In this document: one piece after another, positions 49,944 to 63,300 of the stretch
Numbering within the stretch: the stretch's first letter is position 1
How the letters are laid out: every line of letters begins with the position of its first letter
Assembly: GCA_950097015.1 (NCBI GenBank)
Contig: CATNEN010000038.1
Coordinates: 18,786,001-18,850,000, forward strand
DNA length: 64,000 bases
Direction of reading: 5' to 3'
Origin: Macrostomum hystrix
Lineage: Eukaryota > Animalia > Platyhelminthes
Made by a program: the position numbers and the translations under genes
Notes under the pieces: model-generated
The model's database searches: none
What the model was told of the DNA's origin: nothing
What the model saw: the letters and a program-made list of their open reading frames with translations, nothing else

Positions 49944-50573
49944 ATGAAGCTTTTACTGTGTCACCTGGCTCTTGCTCTCTTCGCTTCATTTCCGACAATT
50001 GTAATGTGCGAAATGGAAGAGAGCGACGTGAGCCCGGATGAACTACCGGAGGGAATGGATCCATCAAATGTGCCGCCTGGTCTAAAAAAGTTTTCTTTCA
50101 AGACGCCAAAGTTGTCGGAAGAAGAGCAGGAATCATTGTTCTTTCCACAATCTCTGAAGTGTGATGGCTGCATGGCAGTTTCTTACCAGGTACTTTTTAG
50201 TATTTGCTATCCCTTAGGTTCAATATTTAGTTTAATATATGTAGTTTTTGTTGTAAATTGTTAAATGAAAAAAATAGATTCTAGGCAAAGTCACATGAAA
50301 TCACAAGACAACGAATTAAGTACTGTTTTTATATAAATAAGTCAACAGTGACAAGGCAAGCATAATATAAAGTTTTATTTTGTATGCTAATAGGATGATA
50401 GGTTTTTTTATTTATACTGACGTGCTTTTACCCAAGAATTATGTTCTAATTTATTTTATACAGGTTATATATATTTCTAGATGTGTTATATAATTATAAC
50501 ATTTAACATTATATAATGTATATAATTATACATTAGGTGTATTCTATAATATATATAGAATCGCAAAATTGTT

Positions 50574-50604
<31 letters not shown>

Positions 50605-51977
50605 CTTATTTGATGCTTCAGGTAATAATAATTATTATTAATATTTTTGTTATCTAATAACTTTTTTAACTTTTTTAATTTGTTAAATTTGTTTTATAAA
50701 ACACGAAAAATAAGTTATGAAAGAAAAAATCTCTTAAGGGCTCCTTTTATGATTTTAGGCCTAACAATTTTTAAATGTTAGAAACTTTGTAATAACTTAA
50801 CTTCTCGCCTCGCCATTTTAGATCTACACAAAATTTTTCGCCTTGTATGAGAAGTACAAGACCAAATCCAAAGGCCAAGTAAAGGAGTCTGAATTGCTGG
50901 ACGCATTTGAAGGAGTTTGCAGCGCAAAGAATGACGAGTAGGTTGAATGAAGTGTTTGCACAGCCAATCGAAAAACTTTTTTATACCTTCAAGTTATTAG
51001 ACTGGAAATATCACGCTATTAATCTAAAAATAATTTTAGCTACGCGGTGAAAGAAGTTGCCGGCTCCCTCAGGATGGTTGGCCCCGGACTGAAGCTCAGG
51101 CAAGATGAGCCAGGCATCATCCAGGGCGGCGGCAAAATGCCTTCCAGGTGAGACCAGCTACCTCCGACCTGTGTCTTTTCGAATTCTTCCTTCCAACTTA
51201 TGCCAGATATCAACATGAGTTCCGCTCCCCTCCCAACACCCAGGATGGGATCAGCTCCCTTCCCAACACCCAAGATGGGATCCGCTCCCCTCCCAACACC
51301 CAAGGTGGGTTTCACTCCCTTTACAACACCCAAGATGGGATCCGCTCCCTTCCCAACACCCAAGATGGGATCCGCTCCCTTCCCAACACCCAAGATGGGA
51401 TCCGCTCCCTTCCCAACACCCAAGGTGGGTTTCACTCCCTTTACAACACCCAAGATGGGATCCGCTCCCTTCCCAACACCCAAGATGGGATCCGCTCCCT
51501 TCCCAACACCCAAGATGGGATCCGCTCCCTTCCCAACACCCAAGATGTGTTCCGCTCCCTTCCCAACACCCAAGATGTGTTCCGCTCCCTTACCAACACC
51601 CAAGATGGGTTCCGCTCCCTTCCCAACACCCACGATTGTTTCCGCTCCCTTACCAACACCCAAGATGGGTTCCGCTCCCCTTCCAACACCCAAGATGGGA
51701 TCCGCTCCCTTCTGGGTGTTGGAAGGCTTGAGAAAGTTTAGAAATTTGGAGAAATGTGGCGAAAGTCCTACATAAAAGCATAAAAACTGGCCAAATCGTC
51801 AGGATGCGCAATCTCTGCCACCAATTCCGCGGTGAGATCGGAGAAGAAGAACTGTACGCCGAATTTCTGAAGCATCCGGAAAGCCGGCAGAAACTGGAAG
51901 ACTACCTGTGTCGCAACAAAGACCAACAGCTAACTACCAACTGTCTGACAGAAAAGTCCAAGAAAATTGAACTGTGA
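49944..51977 (+). CDS. MZB1: MZB1/pERp1-like (canopy/saposin-like) ER protein
   Basis: Exons 49944-50189, 50822-50937, 51040-51147, 51803-51977; 214 aa. Signal peptide; PKLSEEEQES..FPQSLKCDGCMAVSYQ (CxxC); YAVKEVAGSLRMVGPGL; GGKMPSRMRNLCHQFRGEIGEEELY; C-terminal KIEL ER-retention-like motif. Confidence 0.85.
51220..51710. repeat. 30-bp minisatellite (TCCGCTCCCTTCCCAACACCCAAGATGGGA), MZB1-like intron
   Basis: Tandem units. Confidence 0.93.
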
Positions 51978-52585
51978 TGCGGCATGGCAATTAAACAGAA
52001 TTGTTAGACTAAACTGGCATGAAATTAATAAATTAAGTTGTCATTTTTTCTCTTTGTTTCATTTCTATATTTTTTTGTTTTCATTCACATAGCAACAACG
52101 TTGGTTAAATTGCAGTCATTTTTTCGCTCTTTTGTTCAACGCAATTTTCTAGAAGTATTAGTTTTTTGGTAGCGTTTAATTCTTTTTTTTACATTTCATT
52201 TTCCTATTTGTCATTCTATTCCTTTCAACTGTTGATGTATACTTCAGATCCATTCAGCTTAATCAGTTTCATAATGGAAAATAGATTTCTGTTGGTATAA
52301 TCAATTGGAAATCCTTCCTTCAGTTCTCTGTGTCACACGCGAAACGCCAAATGTCTCTGCGTTTTTGCATTTTTTTGCAGCTATAGTTTTTTCTCATCTG
52401 AAAACTGAAAACAATACAATAGTTCCTTTGCTTGTATCTTTAAAATAATAGAGTGCCAATATGAATTTACAATGAAAATATACCGAATTTCTTCGTTTTT
52501 AACTGCCTGTCTTATCTATCTTCTAGCTATAAAACTACACTTATTTGCTGCGAGCTGAATATTTTTCACTTTCTTTAATTGGCTT

Positions 52586-53550
52586 TATCTGTCTAACAGC
52601 TATTGATATCTGTCAAACAGCTATTGATATCTGTCTAAAAGCTACTGATATCTGTCTAACAGCTACTGATATCTGTCTAACAGCTACTGATATCTGTCTA
52701 ACAGCTACTGATATCTGTCTAACAGCTACTGATATCTGTCTAACAGCTACTGATATCTGTCTAACAGCTATTGATATCTGTCTAACAGCTATTGATATCT
52801 GTCTAACAGCTACTGATATCTGTCTAACAGCTATTGATATCTGTCTAACAGCTACTGATATCTGTCTAACAGCTACTGATATCTGTCTAAAAGCTATTGA
52901 TATCTGTCTAACAGCTACTGATATCTGTCTAACAGCTACTGATATCTGTCTAAAAGCTACTGATATCTGTCTAAAAGCTGCTGATATCTGTCTAACAGCT
53001 ACTGATATCTGTCTAACAGCTACTGATATCTGTCTAAAAGCTATTGATATCTGTCTAACAGCTACTGATATCTGTCTAACAGCTACTGATATCTGTCTAA
53101 AAGCTACTGATATCTGTCTAACAGCTACTGATATCTGTCTAAAAGCTATTGATATCTGTCTAACAGCTACTGATATCTGTCTAACAGCTACTGATATCTG
53201 TCTAACAGCTATTGATATCTGTCTAACAGCTACTGATATCTGTCTAACAGCTATTGATATCTGTCTAACAGCTACTGATATCTGTCTAAAAGCTATTGAT
53301 ATCTGTCTAACAGCTACTGATATCTGTCTAACAGCTACTGATATCTGTCTAACAGCTACTGATATCTGTCTAAAAGCTACTGATATCTGTCCAACAGCTA
53401 TTGATATCTGTCAAACAGCTACTGACATCTGTCTAACAGCTACTGACATCTGTCTAACAGCTACTGATATCTGTCTAAAAGCTATTGATATCTGTCTAAC
53501 AGCTATTGATATCTGTCTAACAGCTACTGATATCTGTCTAACAGCTACAG
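52586..53550. repeat. 21-bp minisatellite (GATATCTGTCTAACAGCTACT)
   Basis: Tandem units; source of the DICLTAT ORF. Confidence 0.95.
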
Positions 53551-54279
53551 CAATTGATATCGGTCAATAAGTGATCTAATCTATGTCTACTATTAGTAGC
53601 CTATATTGATTTGTCCTGAAATTGTAAATCAGAAGTTGAAAAATAAGAATGATTTATTGTTGATCAAAACAGGCTCAGCAAGACAAAAAATATATCGCCC
53701 ATCAAGCAAATCTTAAGCACACGGAAAACTGTACTAATGGCCTAGATAGCCTTTCATGCCAAACGTCAAGTTAAATAAATATAAATATTAGCGTGCCTTA
53801 TGGAAGCTAAAATATAATAAACGATACCCACAGACCCTCCAGGCCGAAGTTGATGGCTCAATCAATGCCATTTTGTGTCCACGCAGCTAGAAATGAATCC
53901 TAGAGCATATATATTCCAGCGCTAGTATCATACACATAGCCAAAACATATGAGAGAAGAATTTTAAGTGCACTAGGCGCCGAAGCTATTTACGCTGTCTG
54001 AGGGAGGCTTTAGGCAAATCACTGGCATTGGATGAAAGCTGCGTATTAAGCTGCGTATAGATCGTATAAGGCCAATACCAATCCTAAATGCTTTCAGAAA
54101 AAACTGGTCAGAAAAATGGATGCTAACTTTATTTGGGAAGAGAAATTGTGCCAGACGAAGAAGAAATGAACAATTATAGATGTGTAGTAAGAAAGTACGC
54201 TGGCGATAGAAGGCAATCAGAAATGACCATTAATAACTGCATGGCGGCAAGGGTTGAGCTTCCCCTGTTCCAATCCCAT

Positions 54280-55080
54280 GTTCCTCTCCTCCTTCCTTCT
54301 GCCCTGTTCCTCTCCTCCTTCTGCCCTGTTCCTCTCCCCCAACTCGCCTGTTCCTCTCCCCCTTCTGCCCTGTTCCTCTCCCCCAACTCGCCTGTTCCTC
54401 TCCCCCTTCTGCCCTGTTCCTCTCCCCCAACTCGCCTGTTCCTCTCCCCCTTCTGCCCTGTTCCTCTCCCCCAACTCGCCTGTTCCTCTCCCCCTTCTGC
54501 CCTGTTCCTCTCCCCCAACTCGCCTGTTCCTCTCCCCCTTCTGCCCTGTTCCTCTCCCCCTTCTGCCCTGTTCCTCTCCCCCAACTCCCCTGTTCCTCAC
54601 CTCCTACTTCCCTGTTCCTCTCCCCAACTCCCCTGTTCCTCTCCCCCTTCTGCCCTGTTCCTCTCCCCCTTCTGCCCTGTTCCTCTCCCCCAACTCCCCT
54701 GTTCCTCACCTCCTACTTCCCTGTTCCTCTCCCCAACTCCCCTGTTCCTCTCCCCCTTCTGCCCTGTTCCTCTCCCCCTTCTGCCCTATTCCTCTCCCCC
54801 TTCTGCCCTGTTCCTCACCTCCTACTCCCCTGTTCCTCTCCCCAAAACTCCCCTGTTCCTCTCCCCCTTCTGCCCTGTTCCTCTCCCCCAACTCCCCTGT
54901 TCCTCTCCTCCTTCTGCCCTGTTCCTCTCCCCCTTCAGCCCTGTTCCTCTCCCCCAACTCCCCTGTTCCTCACCTCCTACTTCCCTGTTCCTCTCCCCCA
55001 ACTCCCCTGTTCCTCACCTCCTACTCCCCTGTTCCTCTCCCCCTTCTGCCCTGTTCCTCTCCCCCTTCTGCCCTGTTCGT
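54280..55080. repeat. ~22-bp pyrimidine-rich minisatellite (CCCTGTTCCTCTCCCCCTTCTG)
   Basis: Tandem variant units. Confidence 0.9.
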
Positions 55081-55994
55081 CAAACACTTATTTCTTGTTA
55101 CTTTCCTCCAGTCTGGCTTGATCCTCTCCCCTTCTGCCTCGTTTCACTAGCCCTTCTGTTCTCTTCCTCTCCTCCTTGTCCCCTGTATTTCAGGAGTTGA
55201 GACGTGGGAAAAGAGAACACCAATTATATAGTCTAGGAATTGGGATCAAGCAACGCAGAAATTAATTCAGACAGGCTCGACATGGGTCTGTCAGGCCCGC
55301 TTTTGATTATTTCAATTTTCTTGAAATTGAAAAAGTTTTGAAATAGAGAAAAGTCCTAGTTGCTGTTTATGGGATGGGGGCAGATTCGCGTGCCAAACCT
55401 GCACGAGCGCGCGCTTATTTTTAGGTCTAACCAGGCCGGCTGTCTATTGGTCCAGCCTCGGTGCTGCTGTGCACAGATACCTAATAGCGGACAGTTCCAA
55501 ATCTGAAGTCAGAGAGCCACACAGCTTTGTTGGGACATAAACAGAACTGTTGGCCTCTCACCGACTCCCACAGTACCGTACCTCGCCACTTCCCAGCCGC
55601 CCAAATAGCCGGGGTCGTGTTGTTGCATGTCGCGACAGCCATTAGTCTGTAGAAGAGAGGGCCCAGCTTTGACTGAAGGGCCCAGCTGAAATTGTCTTCT
55701 AACAGATTTCTCGAATAGCCTTGCTATTTTCTGGCTTGCTGAAGAATTCCTGTCCGTTTGCATCCCAACGAGGCAATTTTGTTCGTGTTTGAATTTTCAA
55801 AGACATTCTTTTCAGCCCCTATTAGCTCGTATAAGCTTCTTGTGACCTGCTGAAGCATCGCTGGTGGCAACCATCGCGTTGGTTACAATGCTGGAGCAAC
55901 GTCCTGTTGGACTCAAGTGCAGTAGGTTACTCTTTTGCTTGACTTTAATTCACTTTCACTGACTGAATACCTCAATCTAACACTCTGCTTCACA

Positions 55995-56432
55995 GCCTGT
56001 CTCACTCTCCCCCCTGTCTCACTCTACCCCTGTCTCACTCTACCTCTGTCTCACTCTACCCCTGTCTCACTCTACCCCTGTCTCACTCTACCCCTGTCTC
56101 ACTCTACCCCTGTCTCACTCTACCCCTGTCTCACTCTACCCCTGTCTCACTCTCCCCCCTGTCTCACTCTCCCCCTGTCTCACTCTACCCCTGTCTCACT
56201 CTACCCCTGTCTCACTCTCCCCCCTGTCTCACTCTACCCCTGTCTCACTCTACCCCTGTCTCACTCTACCCCTGTCTCACTCTACCCCTGTCTCACTCTA
56301 CCCCTGTCTCACTCTACCTCTGTCTCACTCTACCTGTCTCACTCTACCCCTGTCTCACTCTACCCCTGTCTCACTCTACCCCTGTCTCACTCTACCCCAT
56401 TCTCACTCTACCCCTGTCTCACTCTACCCCTG
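55995..56432. repeat. 17-bp minisatellite (CTGTCTCACTCTACCCC)
   Basis: Tandem units. Confidence 0.92.
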
Positions 56433-56616
56433 TGTTAATCTCCTACTATCTTTGTTTTTCTCTGCTCCTAGTCTGTCTGTATAAAAATATCCCAATGGGA
56501 TTCTGTAATTTTCAGAAGCAGCAGCTAGAAAAACAGCTCTATAGCTGCTGAGCACATTGAGTACTCGGCAATAAAAAAACTACTTCAAAGCAATCGCAGC
56601 AGGCTGCACTGTAGCG

Positions 56617-58889
56617 ATGGGTTTCAGCCAAGTGGCCTGGGTGATGTACTGTTCGGCGGCTTGCACGAACCTGATTGGCCACTGCCTACTAATGGTAATT
56701 GGCATTGTGCAACATTTCTGCACTGTTAGCATCGGCCTAAACCCGGCTAGCAATATTCGCAGGGCTAATTGGCAAATCGGTGTGTTCAGCTCCCAGGTGG
56801 TGCTGGACATTGCGGACGAGAGAAGCCAACGAGTTCTGGTGCCCGGCAGCGAATTTGTACGCGGTGAGACGCGAAGCTGCTGCTATTTCTTGGAAAGGAG
56901 GAAGGCTGCTTTTCTAAGAAAGCTCAGCAAAATACTCCATGTTGGGCTCTGTGTTTTTATTTAAAATGTATTCCGTACATTTTGCTAATACGGAGAGTAT
57001 ACCGCACCGCCTAAAGATGAGAAATTCTGGGCAAACAGTAGCTGCTAATGCTTCAGTTCATCCTGCTATAATGTACCCGGCCTCAGCTAGGACAGAAATC
57101 TCCCTTCCTACCTCTAGTCACTCCCGGTGGGTGTGGCGGCCACTGGACAGACTTCAGTCCACGGACTGAACAGCAGCTGTACACAGGCTTTAGAAGCGCT
57201 TGAAGCGCTAGCCTGAATAACCTGAACAACCTGAACAACCTGAACAACCTGAACAACCTGAACAACCTAAACAACCTGAATAACCTGAATTACCTGAAAA
57301 ACCTGAATAACCTGAACAACCTGAACAACCTGAATAACCTGAACAACCTGAATAACCTGAATAACCTGAATAACCTGAATAACCTGAACAACCTGAATAA
57401 CCTGAATTACCTGAAAAACCTGAATAACCTGAACAACCTGAACAACCTGAATAACCTGAATAACCTGAATAACCTGAACAACCTGAATAACCTGAATAAC
57501 CTGAATAACCTGAATTACCTGAACAACCTGAATAACCTGAATTACCTGAACAACCTGAATAACCTGAACAACCTGAATAACCTGAATTACCTGAACAACC
57601 TGAATAACCTGAACAACCTGAATAACCTGAATTACCTGAACAACCTGAATAACCTGAACAACCTGAATAACCTGAATAACCTGAACAACCTGAACAACCT
57701 GAATAACCTGAATTACCTGAACAACCTGAACAACCTAAACAACCTGAATAACCTGAATAACCTGAATAACCTGAAAAACCTGAATTACCTGAATAAACCT
57801 GAACAACCCGAGTAACCTGAACAACCCGAGTAACCTGAATAACCCGAGTAACCTGAATAACCCGAGTAACCTGAATAACCCGAGTAACCTGAATAACCCG
57901 TTTAACCTGAATAACCCGAGTAACCTGAATAACCCGAGTAACCTGAATAACCCGAGTAACCTGAATAACCCGAGTAACCTGAATAACATATAATAACCTT
58001 AATAACCTGAAGCGCAGAGCAATGCATGTAGCTAAAACTGTGTCTATCTTTCCAAACATATTTTTCCAATTCACAGTGCTATTGTGTCTATCTTTTCGCC
58101 GCCTTCTGATTGGTCCGCCTCTCAGCTCGCCTCTTTCTCTTACCCCAGTCGCGCACCCTCTTGTTATCGCACCGCCAACCCCCTCCAGTTAGCCAGGCTT
58201 AGTCAGCCAATCAGGGAATCGCATAGGCATCAAGAGCCCAAAAGTATTAAAGCCAAGAAAAAACCATGTGTAATTTAAAAAGGACCATCCGAAATTTCTG
58301 TTTGCCAGACCGAGTCGAATGGCGCACAGCCGCAGTGACGCTAGGCCTGTCCCTGGCACTGTCACTATGCGGCCTTGTCTGCCACCTGTCAGTGGTGCTA
58401 TCAAGCCGGCTCAGAGTCTCGTTTCGAGCAGTTTCAGCCGATGCCGGTCTTCAACTAACCGCGGTGGTGACCCAGATTCTCTGCTTGGCCTCAGGTGAGA
58501 TCGGCATGAAGCGGCTGGCAGCGGAGCCGGCCAGTTTAAATTCCGCCCTGATCCAGTTCGCCCGGGCTGGCAGTCCGCTGGGCCCTGAGGAGGTCACGGA
58601 GGTCGGGCGCGGCTTCGCATTCTGGCTCCTAGTCGCGACTGTGTTTGTCCACTTGGTTAGCCTGCTGTGCGAGATTCCCTACGCCATATTGCTGGGCGAG
58701 GTGTTGCTTAGCAACCCGCCGATAGCTGACTCTACGCTGGACCACAGCGGATCGGGCAGCCATCGCCAGGGCCTGCTGGTGATTGAAAACTGTCCGGCCT
58801 ATCCAGTGGCTTCCGTGGCCGGACCGGCTACCATCAGCGTCGTGAAGGACTGGCAGGTGGCGTCCGCCGCGGCCAACAGTCGACTGTGA
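56617..58889 (+). CDS. Four-TM claudin/PMP22/EMP-superfamily-like protein
   Basis: Exons 56617-56863 and 58309-58889 (phase 1), 275 aa. Four hydrophobic segments; WQIGVF in loop 1 (GLW-like); GFAFWLL at TM4 (GYSFWL-like). Family call rests on topology and motif resemblance only. Confidence 0.6.
57127..57195 (+). mobile_element. SINE family A fragment
   Basis: GTGGGTGTGGCG...CAGTCCACGGACTGAACAG..CTGTACACAGGCTT matches the SINE A 3' body. Confidence 0.55.
57211..57990. repeat. 9-bp (CCTGAATAA/CCTGAACAA) then 18-bp minisatellite, intronic
   Basis: Tandem units. Confidence 0.93.
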
Positions 58890-60087
58890 TCGTCAATGTA
58901 GATTGAATGAATGGGCAGAAATGGTCCTGTAAAACAGGGCATAACTTTTTAGAATTTGTGGACAGAACTTCAACCTATTTGACATGACCTGTCTTGAATT
59001 ATTTGCTAAAATACGACAGGATTGCTTTGATAATATTGCGCATCGCAATTGAATGCTCAATATTAAAACGAATATCGAGCAGGCTATAGGTAATGCCGTT
59101 GAAAATATTGACAATATCAATATTTAATGTTCTATAATATAAAAAGTGTTAAAATTTTCATTCATGTACATAAATGATTCATTAAATGCCCTTTCAATAT
59201 ATATTTAACACTGTTTCAAAAAAATTGCAGAAATTTTTTGTTTAGGACCGTGCACAAAATATGTGCTAATTTTCTAATGTTGCTACTCACAAGTAGTAAA
59301 AAAGCAATTTCATTGTTCAAAATTTGTTGCGTTATTTTTCAAATTGATGGAGAGAAAATCGATGCTGGATTGAATATCAGTGGAGTTTGAAGACAGCTAG
59401 CTGTCATTGTGTGGTTTAAAATATTCTGTAGGATGCCACACCACATATAGTACATGCGGTAACTTCAAAGAGATGCGAGGTAGCATGCAGGAGTACAACA
59501 AATGGGAATAACCAGATCGATTACGCATTGCCGCAGGTTCGCAGATTCTGCAATGGACTTGCTCACAGATGTCGCAGAAATTGAATTTCTTTGTTTCGGC
59601 TTCCTTTCAGTAGGAAAGGAAATGACAAAAAGAAAACTCATGCAAAAGCTTTACTTTGTTGCTTTGGCGGAATTTCGAGCGATGTGGCTTTGATGTAGGC
59701 CTAAGGAATCGATTATATTCTACCTCTATCTCCTTTGTCCATTCTTTGACAGAGACGATATGTATCGAAAAACCCTAAAATGTTAAGTCAAGATGTAAAC
59801 AGGAAATTCATGTTTTAGTTACAAAGACCCGGCTTTGAATCATGGCCAGTCGCATACAAAATACAAAAACCACATATGTAATATGCGCTATTAATTACAT
59901 ATCGTTACATATCGGTTATAATATTTCTATCGATACAATGCAGTATAATATTTGAATTTCTAGTATAATTGATTTACGTTTTTCAATACATATAGGTAAT
60001 TCCCTTTCTTTTGATACAAATAGATTATTGAACGTTGAACTGAAAAATGCTGAGTTCAGTGTTTTCCTAACGGACAGAAATTATATC

Positions 60088-60152
60088 AGTGGAGTCTGGA
60101 GTCGAACCCCCGGAACTTTTGTGAGTCCGACGCTCAAGCCATAAACTACTGC
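60088..60152 (-). mobile_element. SINE family A degraded tRNA-like head
   Basis: Reverse complement GCGTCGGACTCAC...GGGGGTTCGACTCCAGACTCCAC matches the 16986 head. Confidence 0.55.
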
Positions 60153-61156
60153 CTAAAATACGGGTATAAAATGGCTCAAAGCGGGGTGTACGCCAAAGAG
60201 ACGATAAATTCAAAGTTCAATCGCTACTGTAAGGAGTGCATGATTATAATAAAACACACATAATTAGATGCTTATCATTCATATTATACAGTTCTGTACA
60301 TATCGGTAATTTATCGTAATTTAATTTGACTCAGGAAGTAAATTGAAGTTAGTTATTTAATTGCTAAACATACTGAAAAGATAAAAAATTAAGGTCAAAC
60401 TACATACTTCTAAGAAAGTGCATGAAATCAAACACACGATATGACATTATTAGGACATATTTCTAGGAGCTGCTAGTGGTACTTCATCGATGTAAAATTT
60501 TGGTTTTGGATCGATATTAGCCCCGTGACAAGCTCAAAACAACCCCGTGTCAAAAGGTAGTGAGAAGTTTCTTTTCAATTCTGCTGAAAGACAGACTGGC
60601 AGCTTTTTCATCTTTATCTGTACATTCCTACTGCAGCTAACACGTCCTGCAACCTGAGCTAAACTACATTCTTTTTCACCAAGGTAAAGATCGATCGTGT
60701 TAAGCTAAGTTGTGAAAACCCTCCACTTCTGTTCAACTATACCGGCAGCTGAGAATATAGGCAACACCTATTGACTGGATGAGTTCAACCGTGATAGCAC
60801 TGTCAAGTCCTGCGGTATTTTTCCCGATAGCTTCAACCTTGAAAGCCGCATCTAGTACTTACGTGCAAGCGGAAAACGACGGACAAGCCAATTCTTTAAA
60901 GTCATTCTTTCCGACCGCGTGTTCAGAACCGCTGAATATGTCGACATTCTAGAGAGCGGTGATTCCTGTTTCAAAAGATGCACAGAAAAAAATGCTCAGA
61001 GAATATCACCCCTGAGCCATCTGATCACAATCTGATTGGCTAGAAGAACCTCCAATAGCCAATATACGAGTTTTAAGGACAGAAATCCTTAGCTGTTAGC
61101 TCTCCTATAGGACTTTTGAGTCACAAATCTACTCATTGAATCGAATAGCACCGGCC

Positions 61157-61688
61157 ATGTCATCAATGACCAACATCACTCAACAAGTTAACGAGGCCAC
61201 AACAATGCCGCAGCCTCAAAGTGTATGCATGAAAGAGTACACGGACACCTTTGATCAGAGTGACTGGTTTAGCAGGATGGCGCCCTGGCTCTACCTGTCC
61301 GTGTCCATCTCTGGCATACTGCTCAATGGCGGCGTCATCTGGCTACTTGGACTCAACCGGATGCACATGAGCAGGAATCCAAGACTGTTAGTCATTAATC
61401 AATCTGCAATCGACCTCATACTGAACTGCGTGGCTGGAATCAAATGGTCCACAGTCTACCTGCCTAATAGAGTGCCTAGCAACATCATTGGGAGCTTCGT
61501 GTGCCACATCTGGTACAGCCAGAGCGCCATGTGGGTGCTCATCAATGCCAGTACGGTGAGTGCAGTTTAGTAAGGAATTCTATAAAAAGCACCTAGGTGG
61601 ATCAGTAATAATACTTTCAGGAGGGCTGCAGGCCATGGCACATCACTTGGTGACACTAGACCTTTCGCTGACATTTCGCTGACTCCTG

Positions 61689-61725
<37 letters not shown>

Positions 61726-63300
61726 ATACCATACTGAGGCAAACGCTCACACAGGTGTGTACATTTGTCCTGACTTTCTCATCGTCAGGCAGTGTACACT
61801 TCACAGTGCCTTGGAGGTTTGTCCTTCAAGGGCGTAAATTGTACGACAAGCCCTCATGCCTTCTCTCCGCGGCTGCGCCCCAAATAAATGTAGCCTCACC
61901 GCGGTATCGAACTTAGGGACCATAGCCCAAGAGGCAAACGCGTTAACCGCTATGCCACTAACCCGACGGGGTGGACTGGTATAGCAACCGTACAAGGTGT
62001 TGTACGAGAAAATTTAGTTTATACAAGGATCTCTTTCTTGCAAAGCGTTTAAATGTAACGGTGACTGCAGTCGCCCTTAATGGCTCGTTCACACAGCCAT
62101 CAAATACTTAGTACAATGCGTACTTTAGTTTTACATGTGAAATCATGTGTTTCGGTCTCGTTTGATGGCAGTGGGAACATTTTGATAGCGGGAGCTACAA
62201 CAGCCATGGAACAATGTTTTGGTGACAGTCGATCCGGATTAAAAAAGGAGGCAGTTCTGCTCATTCCTGACCCTTGAGCATACACGCACACAAACACGTG
62301 GAAGGCAGAAACCTAGACAGGTGGTGTACTGCATCTGACATGACATTCTCTGCAGATCTGTAGCTAGGCAGTGTACACTCCCGTTGTGCATTAGGGTTTA
62401 GCCCTTGTGGGCTAAAACTGCGCGAGCCACCAAGCCACAAAACGCGGGAGATTTCTTAAATAATATTTAAACTCGCGCCAACTTTAGTTCAACTTGCAGT
62501 TGATCACAATCGAGCGCTACCTGGCCATCGTGAGGCCCATGGTTCGTCGCCAGCTGTGGAAGGTGAAGCTAGCCTGCGCCCTGATGTGGCTGCTTGGCCT
62601 AGCTCACCAGTGGAAGATCTACATGGACGTCGGTCGCGGTGGACCCGAAGGAAGCTGCTGCGTCCTGACGGGCTTCGTCTCTGCATCAGTAGCCTTAGCC
62701 TACGGCGTGCTCAACTACAGCCTGAAGTTCGCCCTGCCGCTTGTGAACATGTGCTTCTGCTACGGCCGCATGATCTTAGTACTGCGGCGTCGAAGCAGGT
62801 TCTGCCTGCCGTCGGATGCTCAGTCGAAGAAGCTGGCAGCTTCGCGAGTTCTGATCAAGACTTTCATGATCGCCGGAGCGGCCTACGTTCTGTGCTTCGT
62901 GACGAACCAGACCAACTACATACTCATCTCATTCAATGTGATCGCCAACAATTATCAGTCATTCTTCTACAATGTCACATTGTTCCTAGTGAACGTGAAC
63001 GCCCTGGTGAATCCGATTATCTACGTTGTGTTTATGCCCCGTCTACGAGTTGCCTTCCGGGTGGAATGTGCAAGACTGGTCTGCTGCCTCTGCCTGCTGT
63101 CTAGACGACAGACTCGGTCAGGCAGCGGCATCGACGACAATCCGATGCTCAATAAGCGGCGAAATCCGCAAATGGATTCGGAGGACTCCGCAATGTACGC
63201 AAACCAGCACGTGCCGTTAAGACGTATGAGGCGGGTGCCGAATGACGACTCAAATCAAGGCGAGGCAAGCAATGCGAACAGCGTCGCGACCAGACTTTGA
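61157..63300 (+). CDS. Class A (rhodopsin-like) GPCR, peptide-receptor-like
   Basis: Exons 61157-61555 and 62488-63300 (phase 0), 403 aa. GILLN; INQSAIDL; the junction restores NASTFNLQLITIERYLAIVRP; FCYGRM; NALVNPIIY. Confidence 0.9.
61645..61965 (-). mobile_element. SINE family B, near full-length copy in GPCR intron
   Basis: Reverse complement has A-box TGGCATAGCGG, B-box AGTTCGATACC, the family-B body, the 3' hairpin and a (GT)n tail. Confidence 0.82.
62275..62440 (-). mobile_element. SINE family B, degraded fragment
   Basis: GGCAGTGTACACTCC..TGTGC..TAG.G and GGGCTAAAACTGC match the family-B body. Confidence 0.5.

Noticed and set aside
61765-61800. Hammerhead-like CUGACGA-UGA-GAAA-GUC in the SINE B hairpin (minus strand)
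   Set aside because: There is no stem II or III, and the 34125 copy has CUGGCGA. It is better explained as a plain hairpin.
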